Shown piece by piece: positions 49,945 through 58,708 of a stretch of 64,000 bases of DNA (position 1 is the first letter of the stretch; every line of letters begins with the position of its first letter). Source of the stretch: an uncultured Ruficoccus sp. (GTDB taxonomy: Bacteria > Verrucomicrobiota > Verrucomicrobiia > Opitutales > Cerasicoccaceae). Position numbers and translations under genes: made by a program. The notes beneath the pieces were generated by a model. The model had not been told where the DNA came from, ran no database searches, and was given only the letters and a program-made list of their open reading frames with translations. The DNA is taken from assembly GCA_965140785.1 (NCBI GenBank), contig OZ223510.1:64001-128000 (forward strand), written 5' to 3'.

Positions 49945-50361
49945 GTACCCGCGACTAGCGGCCCGATAAAATCACTGTGCCATAACTGTGCCATTTTTTA
50001 TTTCCTCTAAACGGGCCTTTTGTGGCCAATCGAGGCCTGTCTGAACCGAACCGGACCTTTCGATGCCCTTGGCTCACCATCCTAAGAGTGCTGCCTTTTG
50101 CTGCCCATGGAGCTATTCGATCCCCTCCCCCCGGCAAAATCTTGCATGTTTTTGCCAATATAGGAGAGGGAGGTGGGTTTATGTTCGGATGGATTCCGGG
50201 ATACTCTTCGCTCCAAGCTGCCCCGTCCCTGCCTAAACTGGGCATTCCCTTTTCTCCGTTCAGATGAGATCACGACGAAGTCATCTGAGTGAAGGAGTCA
50301 GCATTGTCTCCAATTTGGTAACATTGCCCATGGACGCCGGGAACCGGGATTAGGTAGCGTC

Positions 50362-50408
50362 GGCAAGATATGTTTTAGGTGCACCTGACGGCTCCCCTAA
50401 AACTCTTG
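50362..50408. promoter_or_regulatory. Candidate oriT
   Basis: IR CAAGA..GTTTTAGG / CCTAAAAC-TCTTG. The minus strand reads CATATCTTGCC, resembling the RP4-type nic consensus YATCCTG|Y. About 70 bp upstream of mobC. Confidence 0.55.
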
Positions 50409-50478
50409 TTTTCAAAAAAAAGTATATTTTATGAAAAAATATCCGTCATAACTCTTGCGTTCGGGTTAAACTATTTCC

Positions 50479-50868
50479 ATGCCCCGGAAATGTACCCCGA
50501 AGAAGCCCCGACGAACCGACCCTGACACGGCCCGGAATATCCCCATCACCTGCAAGCTCAGTGCCGCTGACTTGGCTGTGATTTCCCGGAAAGCTACCGC
50601 TGCCGGGAAAACCCACAGCACCTTCCTTCGTGACGCCGCCTTGGCGTCCCACGTGCAGGTAAGTCCGGCCATACCGGCTATAAATCGCGACCAGTGGCGG
50701 GAGTTGTCCAAGGTTGCGTCCAACCTCAATCAGCTCACCCATCTCTGTCACATTGACGGAATTGGATCACGGGCTGTTGGTGTGCTGGCCCTCTTGGAGA
50801 GGCTGCGCCCCCAGCTTGCCGACATTCGGGCAGACTTACTCAGACAAGAGAAGGGAGGCCGACCATGA
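50479..50868 (+). CDS. mobC: Relaxosome accessory protein MobC
   Basis: RHH-like N-terminus (A..AG...S.FLRDAAL), ELSKVASNLNQL signature; ATGA overlap with the relaxase. Confidence 0.88.
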   Translation: MPRKCTPKKPRRTDPDTARNIPITCKLSAADLAVISRKATAAGKTHSTFLRDAALASHVQVSPAIPAINRDQWRELSKVASNLNQLTHLCHIDGIGSRAVGVLALLERLRPQLADIRADLLRQEKGGRP

Positions 50869-51995
50869 TTGCCCGGATCAACTACCGGGAGAGCTTCGGT
50901 CGAGTCGTGGGCTATGCCATGAAACCGACCAAAGGCCCGGAGGTTGTCGGCGGCAACCTTTCCGCCACGGACCCGGATGGCATGATTGCCGAGTTTAGCC
51001 AACTTGCCGGGCTTAACTCCCGCTGTAAGAAGCCCGTCGCCCACTTGGCATTCTCTTTAAAGACGGGCGAAGCCCTCACTCCCGGTCAATGGGCCACCTT
51101 TGCCCAGCAGGTTGCCGATGAGTATGGCTTTGAGCAGTTTGTCGCGATTAATCACTACGACACCGATTGCGAGCACATCCACCTCATCGGCAACCGAATC
51201 AAGCTGGACCGCAAAGCCGTCTCCACCAGCAATGACCGGCACCGCATGCGGCAGCTATGCCAGCGGGCCGAGGTTGAATTCGGGCTCCAGCAGACCGCCA
51301 CGCGATCCCAGCAGGTTCGCCTCAATAAAGACGAATTGGAGAAGGCTGATCGGCTATACCATGAAGGCAAAGCCGCTCACCCCGTGCCGGGCAAGTTGCT
51401 CGTGGTCGAGCGCATCCGGGCCTGTGCCTACCGTGCCAATTCAACCGAGGACTTCATCGTCTTGTGTCATCAACAAGGAGTTGAAGTGCGTTGGAGACGC
51501 AACCGTTCGGGCACTGTCACTGGCGTATCGTTTGCCGCCGATGATATCAAATTTTCGGGGATTTGTATTGGTTTACCACTACGCACTCTCAACACAAAAA
51601 TAAACATTTATGGAAAAGATAATATCCATCCAACACGCAGCGCAGTTACCCGCTTGGCTGGAGGTGCTCACGGGCAACCTCGAAGAAGCCTTGCGGCAGC
51701 CGCTGGAACAACAACAGGCATTGCTCGCTCAACTGGAGCAAGCCCTCAGCGCCCTGCACGATCAGATCAGCAACCTCAACCAAGGGGGGCGCGATTTGAT
51801 GGACGTGCAGTTAACCCAAGTCGAAACCTTGCAGGATATACTCGAGAGGAAAAGGCAGCCATGACCCAGACGATGAAACGAACGCTACTTCGCGCCGCTG
51901 GCCGCCTCTTGGATGCCTTCGACGCCTTTGACTCAACGCTAAGCGGGCCAGCGATTGGCTCCCGCTCTAACCGTATCGGGAGGACATTGCGGTGA
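50865..51995 (+). CDS. MOB-P type relaxase
   Basis: Motif I SFGRVVGY, motif II HLAFS, HUH motif HYDTDCEHIHLIGNRI. Confidence 0.9.
   Translation: MIARINYRESFGRVVGYAMKPTKGPEVVGGNLSATDPDGMIAEFSQLAGLNSRCKKPVAHLAFSLKTGEALTPGQWATFAQQVADEYGFEQFVAINHYDTDCEHIHLIGNRIKLDRKAVSTSNDRHRMRQLCQRAEVEFGLQQTATRSQQVRLNKDELEKADRLYHEGKAAHPVPGKLLVVERIRACAYRANSTEDFIVLCHQQGVEVRWRRNRSGTVTGVSFAADDIKFSGICIGLPLRTLNTKINIYGKDNIHPTRSAVTRLAGGAHGQPRRSLAAAAGTTTGIARSTGASPQRPARSDQQPQPRGARFDGRAVNPSRNLAGYTREEKAAMTQTMKRTLLRAAGRLLDAFDAFDSTLSGPAIGSRSNRIGRTLR
51610..51864 (+). CDS. Coiled-coil protein nested out of frame in the relaxase 3' end (MbeD/MobD-like)
   Basis: Clean Leu/Gln/Glu heptad pattern; AT-rich leader; the relaxase frame over this stretch is Arg/Ala/Gly-biased. 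Confidence 0.65.
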   Translation: MEKIISIQHAAQLPAWLEVLTGNLEEALRQPLEQQQALLAQLEQALSALHDQISNLNQGGRDLMDVQLTQVETLQDILERKRQP

Positions 51996-52486
51996 GTGAG
52001 GACAATGACAAGGAACGTCGTGAGCGGATCAAACGCTTGCGTAAGCAGGATGAGCCCGAGTCAGAATCTTCGATCTCTCCCGAGGAGTTGAATGATCAGA
52101 TGGCTCAATGGCAGCGGGGTCAACTGACCCATTGGGAGAAATTGGAGCAGGAGGCCGAGCGTAAGCACCAGCAGCAGGACGAAAAACTGAAGCGGGTGCT
52201 GGAAGAAAACGGGCGCTTGCGTGAGACGCTCAGGCGCGCCTCCACCCAATGGGTCACACGTACGGAGTGGACGCAAGAAGTGCCAGAGGCTACCGCCCGC
52301 CACATCCGACAAATGGGCCGCTTTGTGAAAGGGTGGTTTTGGAAGCTTGCCGGGATTACGGTCCTTTGCCTATGCCTTTTGGTCATTGGTCTTCTTGTCT
52401 GGATCGGGCAGCACGATGATCGAGACAATGGGGCTACTCTCCCTGCGTCTGACAGCCGTCCATGGACATTGGAAAGGGATGACTAA
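51992..52486 (+). CDS. Hypothetical coiled-coil protein with C-terminal TM helix
   Basis: GTGA overlap with the relaxase stop; charged coiled coil then LAGITVLCLCLLVIGLLVWIG. Confidence 0.7.
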   Translation: MSEDNDKERRERIKRLRKQDEPESESSISPEELNDQMAQWQRGQLTHWEKLEQEAERKHQQQDEKLKRVLEENGRLRETLRRASTQWVTRTEWTQEVPEATARHIRQMGRFVKGWFWKLAGITVLCLCLLVIGLLVWIGQHDDRDNGATLPASDSRPWTLERDD

Positions 52487-53169
52487 TGGGCTTCCGGCAT
52501 GATCTTACCCTTGGGACCTTTCATGCGAAGGCGGGCCAGCTAAAGTCCGTTCGATGCCAATCCAATGGGCTGTTCATGGACAGCCTGTTGGGAGTGTTTG
52601 GCGTTTCCGGTCAAGGCCTTTCTCATCTCTTTATCGCGCTGGTTCATCAGCGCTGCCGGGTTATTTCCCCGACGGCGCATAAGCCCGCACTTGTCTTTGG
52701 CTGGACCGTGGCTTCAGTGGGAATCGTCCCCCGTCTCCCCAAGAAGGCGGGGCTGATTGATCCCTATGAAGGAAGCCATTTGCGGGGTTGGATGCTGTTT
52801 GAGACGAGGCAATTCTGGCACCTATTCCCGGTGGATCACCTGCTTGGGTTTGGGTACCGAACCAGTTGGCTTTATTTGATTTTTGCGGACAAGGTGGTGA
52901 AATTGCTGATGACCCCCGCGACCGCCAAGAACGAGTTTCATGATTTGATTGCGGACCATGATCGGGAGCGCTACTACACGACTCGGAACGACCAGGAGTA
53001 TCTCTGCGCAAACCCCGGATTACGGAGCCAAGTCCGAGATATTGAGGTTAAGGATTTGGGGTCGGGTGGGATTTCTGGCTTCAGCCTTACGAAATTCTAC
53101 CCGCTCAAACCCGGCTCGGGAGTGGCTCTCTCCATCAAGCGTCCAAGCGTTTCCGTTTCCGGCCCGTAA
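52486..53169 (+). CDS. Hypothetical protein (element cargo; start uncertain)
   Basis: 227-codon ORF coupled by TAATG and followed by a terminator; no recognised motif. Confidence 0.5.
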   Translation: MGFRHDLTLGTFHAKAGQLKSVRCQSNGLFMDSLLGVFGVSGQGLSHLFIALVHQRCRVISPTAHKPALVFGWTVASVGIVPRLPKKAGLIDPYEGSHLRGWMLFETRQFWHLFPVDHLLGFGYRTSWLYLIFADKVVKLLMTPATAKNEFHDLIADHDRERYYTTRNDQEYLCANPGLRSQVRDIEVKDLGSGGISGFSLTKFYPLKPGSGVALSIKRPSVSVSGP

Positions 53170-53199
53170 AGTTGTTGGTTTCAAGGCCGTAAACCCAAG

Positions 53200-53230
53200 G
53201 CACAGCCCAATTTTTCGGCTGTGCTTTTTT
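53200..53230 (+). terminator. Intrinsic terminator ending the mob operon
   Basis: GCACAGCC...GGCTGTGC followed by T6. Confidence 0.75.
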
Positions 53231-53280
53231 GTGGGCAGATCATGCCTACGCGGAATTTGTTTTGATCGTATACTCTCATT

Positions 53281-54930
53281 ATGAGTATGAAAGTAACAAC
53301 GAAGGCGAAGCGGAAGGCCTACTCCTACATCCGCTTTTCCTCTAAAAAACAGGAACAAGGCGATAGTCTGAGACGCCAGACCAAAGCCGCTCAGGACTTT
53401 TGTGAGCGGTTCGACTTGGAGCTGAGTACGGAGACGTATCAGGACCTAGGTGTGTCAGCCCTTCGGGGCAAAAACGCTCACGCCGGAAATCTACGCGCCT
53501 TCTTGCAAGCCTGTCAGGATGGTAAGGTCGAGTGCGGAAGCGTCCTGATCGTGGAGAATCTGGACCGGCTCTCGCGTCAGCAAATCGTCGAGGCCACCAC
53601 GCTGTTTTTAGAAATCATCGACTACGTGGACATTGGGGTCTCTCAGCCCCCGGCTAAGATTTACAACAAGACCGAACTCAACGAATCCCGCTTTGCTATT
53701 TTCGAAGTCCAGTTGGCATTCGTCCGGGCCAACGAGGAAAGCGCCGTTAAGAGCGACCGACTCCGAAAGGTCTGGGCCGAAAAACAACGAAAAGCTGGCA
53801 GTGAAATCCTTACCTCTCAATGCCCGGCATGGATGATTCTCAGTGAGAACAAGGAGCGCTTTATCTTGCTGGAGGACCGGGTAAAGCTCATTCGGGAAAT
53901 CTATGCCATGTGTATCGAGGCTGGCTTTGGCGTCTACACCATCACTCACACGCTAAATAAGCGGAATGAACCCGTGTGGGGACGGGGCAAGGTCTGGCAG
54001 GAGTGTTACGTGCAACGCCTGCTCACCACCAAGGCCGCACTTGGCACCTACGTGCAGCATAAACGCGACGATAAAACCGGAGGCCGCAAAACCAATGGCG
54101 TCGAAATTGAAAACTACTACCCGTCTGTCATCGACGAAGCGACTTTCCGCCGGGCTCAAGCTGCTCTTGCCAGCCGCAAAGGCAAAGGCGGCAGGCGAGG
54201 CTACGCCAAGGACAGGACCGTCAACAACCTGTTTACGGGGCTCTTAACCGACGCCTATACGGGCTGCCCGGTCCACTTCTTGAATAAGGGGCGCTGGCAG
54301 TACCTCTCCCCCTCGTACTGCAAGCTTGGCAAAGTCGGCTACTACATGGCGTGGGAGTACTCGGACTTCGAGAGCCTGTTTCTGGTTCATGCCCTCAACG
54401 AGGAGTACCTCGAACTCATGCACGAGGCCGACTCGTGGCAGTCATCCAGAATCGATAAGATCCGGACAGAAATCGACACTCTGAAATCGCAGCTTGAAAA
54501 CGTCACCAAGGCCATTGCCGAGGTCGGACCATCCGAATCTCTCAAACGCCAACTGGTCGAACTGGAGAGCGGCCTATCCGAACGCCAGCAGACCCTCAAC
54601 CGCTTCCTGCTGAGTCAGTGTACCAGCGATGAGGAGATGTTCCTCTTCGCCTTTGACGAGGAACTCGGCACCCGACTACGTTCTGATGCCGTCCTGCGCA
54701 ACAAGTACCGGGCCATACTTGAGAGAACCTTCTCAAAAATCGAAGTCTTCTTCGAGGGCGACGACGAGGCTTACATTGCCAACCGTGCCCAAATCCAGCA
54801 GGGCCTGACGGGCAAGAATGCCACCCACAACCGCGAGTTGGTCAAGTTCATGAAGCTGCAACGCTTCATCCGCGTCCACTATCGCAACGGGGTGACCTGC
54901 CTACGCAAACTGTACCGCATTGAGAGTTAG
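53281..54930 (+). CDS. Large serine recombinase; last codons supplied by the IS end
   Basis: YSYIRFSS..Q..GDS..RQ (catalytic Ser), DLGVSA, VENLDRLSR, ES..KS.R, YYPSVIDEATF, NLFTGL, coiled coil. Confidence 0.92.
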   Translation: MSMKVTTKAKRKAYSYIRFSSKKQEQGDSLRRQTKAAQDFCERFDLELSTETYQDLGVSALRGKNAHAGNLRAFLQACQDGKVECGSVLIVENLDRLSRQQIVEATTLFLEIIDYVDIGVSQPPAKIYNKTELNESRFAIFEVQLAFVRANEESAVKSDRLRKVWAEKQRKAGSEILTSQCPAWMILSENKERFILLEDRVKLIREIYAMCIEAGFGVYTITHTLNKRNEPVWGRGKVWQECYVQRLLTTKAALGTYVQHKRDDKTGGRKTNGVEIENYYPSVIDEATFRRAQAALASRKGKGGRRGYAKDRTVNNLFTGLLTDAYTGCPVHFLNKGRWQYLSPSYCKLGKVGYYMAWEYSDFESLFLVHALNEEYLELMHEADSWQSSRIDKIRTEIDTLKSQLENVTKAIAEVGPSESLKRQLVELESGLSERQQTLNRFLLSQCTSDEEMFLFAFDEELGTRLRSDAVLRNKYRAILERTFSKIEVFFEGDDEAYIANRAQIQQGLTGKNATHNRELVKFMKLQRFIRVHYRNGVTCLRKLYRIES

Positions 54931-55881
54931 TCTGAGCGGGTTAATGATGTGATTTAGGGTTAGGTTGTAGAGGGTGTCAAGGCTTGGGCGGAAGGAGGGC
55001 GTAGCCCGAGTGTAGCCCATGCCTTGGAAGTTGATGTCGAAGGGGGTTGGTGCGGTTTCTTTGGCTGCAAACTCCAGTGGTGTGAGCAGTCCGAGTGAAC
55101 GGTGGGGTCGGATGTTGTTGTACTTCCATCGCCAGTCCTCGATGACGACGCGTGCCTCGGTGAGCGTATAAAACCACTCGCGGTTGAGGCACTCATCGCG
55201 GAGTCTGCCGTTGAAGGATTCTATGTAGCCGTTCTGCCAGGGACTGCCCGGCTCAATGTAGAGCGTCTTGATCTCCTCGTCCGCGTACCATTTACGCAGG
55301 CTCTTCTCGATAAACTCGCTGCCGTTGTCGCTACGGATGTGCTCGGGGCTGCCGTAGGCACTGATCAACTCGCTCATGACGGCTCGCACCTTGGCGGCGT
55401 TGAGGTGGCGATCGACGTGGATGCACAGGCACTCACGGGTGTACTCATCGAGTACCGTGAGCATGCGGATTGATCCGCCCTTAGCCGTACGGTCGGCCAC
55501 GAAGTCGCAGGTCCACACGTGGCCCTGATGAGTAGCCTTTGTCGGTAAGCCCGTCGAGGGGCCGCGCCGACGCTGACGAGGCTTCTTAGTCGGACACTTC
55601 AGCCCCATCTCCTGGCGCAGGCGCTGCACCAGCCGCTTACCTACGTCCCAACCATCGCGCTTGAGTAGATGAGTGATTTTCGGGTAACCCAGCTCCGGAT
55701 GCGCTTGGCTCTTGCGACGCAAAGCCCCACGTAACTTTGCCAACCAGGGCGTAGTCTCCTTCGCCTGATAGCCGAAGGTACTGCGATGCAACCCAAAGTG
55801 ACGGCAGGCCGCCCGCGCTGAACATCTGCCCTGCGACACCACAGATTGCGCCATCTCGCGCTTGTGTGCAGGGCTTACCAT
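54901..55881 (-). CDS. IS3 transposase OrfB (DDE integrase core)
   Basis: WTCDF, LDEYTRE, IRSDNGSEF, PGSPWQNGYIESFNGRLRDECL, YNNIRPHRSL. Confidence 0.95.
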   Translation of the reverse strand: MVSPAHKREMAQSVVSQGRCSARAACRHFGLHRSTFGYQAKETTPWLAKLRGALRRKSQAHPELGYPKITHLLKRDGWDVGKRLVQRLRQEMGLKCPTKKPRQRRRGPSTGLPTKATHQGHVWTCDFVADRTAKGGSIRMLTVLDEYTRECLCIHVDRHLNAAKVRAVMSELISAYGSPEHIRSDNGSEFIEKSLRKWYADEEIKTLYIEPGSPWQNGYIESFNGRLRDECLNREWFYTLTEARVVIEDWRWKYNNIRPHRSLGLLTPLEFAAKETAPTPFDINFQGMGYTRATPSFRPSLDTLYNLTLNHIINPLRLTLNAVQFA

Positions 55882-56141
55882 TTTTTTTCGAGCGCCTCCT
55901 TCAGCAGCTCCTTACCAAGTATCTCGTCCGCCAGCATACGCTTCAGCCGAGCGTTCTCCTTTTGCAGTTCCTTCAGTTGCTTGGCCTGATCGACTTCCAG
56001 CATCCCAAGCTCACGCTTCCAGCGGTGGAACGTCTGCTCGCTGATCCCTGCCTCGCGGCAGACATCCACGATCGCTCTGCCAGCATCAGCGGCGCGTAAA
56101 ATGCGGATTTTTTGCTCTGTACTGTATCGCTTGCCTTTCAT
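55875..56141 (-). CDS. IS3 transposase OrfA (HTH)
   Basis: KRYSTEQKIRIL...VCREAGISEQTFHRWK...LKELQKENARLKR; ends at GAAAAAAAATGGTAA. Confidence 0.95.
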   Translation of the reverse strand: MKGKRYSTEQKIRILRAADAGRAIVDVCREAGISEQTFHRWKRELGMLEVDQAKQLKELQKENARLKRMLADEILGKELLKEALEKKW

Positions 56142-56310
56142 CGTCTGAGTCCTTTCTAAGCACTCAGACTAACTTTGCAAGCGGCTCAGTTTAAGTGGAC
56201 ACGGTCATAAGCGTTCAGTCGGTATTTTAAGGCCGTTACGCATGTGTAGCAGACTGCTATTGATTATTCTGCTTCTCATCCTTCGGGGTGCATCTCAATG
56301 CCATCGAACT

Positions 56311-58050
56311 TCAGGGGGGCTGCTTCAGCGGTGGATGCCAATTGTTCAACAAGGGCCCCGCATCTTGATTCCCTCTCACTACGTCATGTGTTTGATCGCA
56401 CAAAAGGGATGCGGTTGAGGAGTTGTCCCACGTACCCGCCGCACCATCAACGATGTCAACCCATGTCTTTGTTTTACCCGGTTCAAGATATTCGCAAGCA
56501 AGCTTGAGAGTCTTCTGTTCTCCACCCTTCTTCAGGGTCACGGAGAGTACGATATTGGATAATGGGAAGCGGGAATCATTGCTTAAAATGACATCATCCC
56601 ATAGCAAGTCATCCGTCACGCGCCAAGTCCACTGCGGTGTGACCAACTCAGCAAACTTCTTGCCGTAGCTTGTCCGTACCCGCTGGAGGTCGGGGTCTTG
56701 CCATGCCCAAGCCACATTTGAATAGCCCCGCTGGATGCTTGCGTCCAGCCATTGCAGCGCCTTCTCTGGTGCGCCTGCCCGACTAAGCAGGCAGGCATAG
56801 TTGTAACAGAACCCAGAATCGCTTTCCCGTAGCCTAAGCACCTCGTTCGCATGTTTGAACGCCTCATCCAGCGAGTTCTCGCTCATGAGGGCAAATGCCA
56901 GTGCCTCACGAATCTCTCCAGTTGGATCGGAAGGGCTCATGTCGAGCAACTTGCGCCATAAGGATACGGCCAATTGGCCATTCTTTGTGCTTCCATACGC
57001 CCAATGACCTTTCTGAATCTCCACGGACCGAGCCTCGGAGGCAAACAGCGCAGCAAGATAAACGCAGGCAATACGGTAGTCGTCATAGATCCCGTCCGCT
57101 GGAACAAGGGATGCCGCAGCATATGAGTCTCGCGCAGTGTCGCTGAGTACGTTGCTGTTCCCCGCGGATGCGAGGGCCTTAAAGTAATTGAATGACAAAC
57201 GAGTGATTGGGTCGCGTGGGCGTAGGCTGGCCTGCCTTTTGGCAACGCTCACGAGGGCATCCATGTCGTTTGCTCTGAGAAGACGCGCAACTAGCTGGGC
57301 TTGTTCATCCGAAAGCTCCCAACCAACCTCAGCGGGAGTCCATTCATGTTTCTTTACAAGCGTTCTGGCTGTCGCCTGAGCCTGCATCAAAGATGCCTGA
57401 TACATGTCTCCGATGCGTCTTGCTTCTAGGGTAACAGCACGCTTCCTTACCTCATCGTTCTCGTTTGATTTGTCCCACGCATCAACCGCATACGCAAGAC
57501 CGCCTATGACGAGCGAAATCAGTGCGGCATCCCCGGTGTCATACCCCGAACCAGCCAGTGTTGAAAAAGCTGTTGCGCCAGCATAGCCGCCCCTATAGCC
57601 AGACTCGAAACTGCCTTGCTGTTGTCTCTTGACCGCCTCGGATTCGATTACGCTGATGTTGGCAAGGAAATCTGTATAAGCGTCCAGTGCGGCAATGAAG
57701 TCTGTGAATCTTGCCTCCAAATCCTTGTCCAGTTCGTCGTGTCTCTGGATGTGCTGACTGAATCGAACGGCTTCCTTCCGTAGTTCTCCTGACGCTGCCG
57801 CGAACTCATCCGGGTCCGAAACATCCGACGGCCACTGCCCGTAGAGGGATTCCAAGACCCTCAGCAAGAATAAGTTTTCGTCAACATTGGCCTGGGGGTT
57901 GATGTCTGGGAGGTTTCCCTGCCCGAAGGCAGGGGTTACGCTGACAACAGTAAGGCTGAATATCAGAGCGACCCAAATCGTGCGCCTCAACGTGTGTTTT
58001 ACGGAATTGTACCGTCTGTCATTCGTTGTGCAGTAGAAGAAGGCGACCAT
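56311..58050 (-). CDS. Exported helical protein with TPR-like repeats
   Basis: Signal-like N-terminus, internal Gly-rich hydrophobic hairpin, YNYACL...ALQWL..SI.RGY....DPDL TPR-end motif, C-terminal beta domain. Confidence 0.75.
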   Translation of the reverse strand: MVAFFYCTTNDRRYNSVKHTLRRTIWVALIFSLTVVSVTPAFGQGNLPDINPQANVDENLFLLRVLESLYGQWPSDVSDPDEFAAASGELRKEAVRFSQHIQRHDELDKDLEARFTDFIAALDAYTDFLANISVIESEAVKRQQQGSFESGYRGGYAGATAFSTLAGSGYDTGDAALISLVIGGLAYAVDAWDKSNENDEVRKRAVTLEARRIGDMYQASLMQAQATARTLVKKHEWTPAEVGWELSDEQAQLVARLLRANDMDALVSVAKRQASLRPRDPITRLSFNYFKALASAGNSNVLSDTARDSYAAASLVPADGIYDDYRIACVYLAALFASEARSVEIQKGHWAYGSTKNGQLAVSLWRKLLDMSPSDPTGEIREALAFALMSENSLDEAFKHANEVLRLRESDSGFCYNYACLLSRAGAPEKALQWLDASIQRGYSNVAWAWQDPDLQRVRTSYGKKFAELVTPQWTWRVTDDLLWDDVILSNDSRFPLSNIVLSVTLKKGGEQKTLKLACEYLEPGKTKTWVDIVDGAAGTWDNSSTASLLCDQTHDVVRGNQDAGPLLNNWHPPLKQPP

Positions 58051-58072
58051 TCAAATACCATAAGATCGTAGG

Positions 58073-58381
58073 GTGTCATGTCAAGGCATACGTTCGTATG
58101 GTGTTGGGGTGGAAAATTCCCTGACAGAACTGGGCGATCGCCTGCGGGCTTTACGGGCCAAACACGGCCTCACGCAGGAGGAATTTGCCCAGCTGGCTGG
58201 CATCGGCTACAAGTTCTACCAGCAGATCGAGGGAGCGCGTAAAAAGGAGATCTGGCTCTCGACCGTCGAACGCCTCGCCGCCCCCTACGGCCTGCGCGCC
58301 TGGCAACTCCTGGCCCCTGACATGCCCGAAGATTCCAAGCTGACCCGCAAAGTCCCCAGCAGCCGCGTGCATCGGGGGTAG
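58073..58381 (+). CDS. XRE-family HTH regulator (true start may be later)
   Basis: LGDRLRALR...GLTQEEFAQLAGI...YQQIEG...LSTVERLA. Confidence 0.88.
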   Translation: MSCQGIRSYGVGVENSLTELGDRLRALRAKHGLTQEEFAQLAGIGYKFYQQIEGARKKEIWLSTVERLAAPYGLRAWQLLAPDMPEDSKLTRKVPSSRVHRG

Positions 58382-58385
58382 GGGG

Positions 58386-58708
58386 TGACCTGCCTACGCA
58401 AACTGTACCGCATTAAGAGTTAGTCTGAGCGGGTTAATGATGTGATTTAGGGTTAGGTTATAGAGGGGGGCGGAAGGAGGGCGTAGCCCGAGTGTAGCCC
58501 ATGCCTTGGAAGTTGATTTCGAAGGGGGCTGGTGCGGTTTCTTTTGCTGCAAACTCGAGTGGCGTGAGTAGTCCGAGGGAACGGTGGGGGGCGGATGTTG
58601 TTGTATTGGGCGCTTCGCTGGTGTCGTCGCTACGCTCCTCGGTACCACCTCCAGTCTTCGATAACCACACGGGCCTCTGTGAGCGTATAAAACCACTCGC
58701 GGTTGAGG
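58386..58708 (-). mobile_element. Truncated, diverged relative of the IS at 54893 (right end only)
   Basis: Starts TGACCTGCCTACGCAAACTG as at 54893 and aligns up to CGGTTGAGG, with substitutions, a small deletion and a 36 bp insertion. Confidence 0.9.

Larger units (their letters stand above)
49950..54930 (+). mobile_element. Integrated mobilizable element next to tRNA-Phe (boundaries approximate)
   Basis: oriT-like inverted repeat, mobC, relaxase and a large serine recombinase in one orientation; no T4SS genes. Confidence 0.8.
54893..56207 (-). mobile_element. IS3-family insertion sequence, apparently intact (1315 bp)
   Basis: TG...CA ends with imperfect IRs sharing TGACC...AAACTG..CCGC...AGTTAGTCTGAG; orfA and orfB joined by an A8 slippery site. 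Confidence 0.93.

Noticed and set aside
54889..56211. Target-site duplication for the intact IS3
   Set aside because: Flanks GGGG and TAAG do not match.
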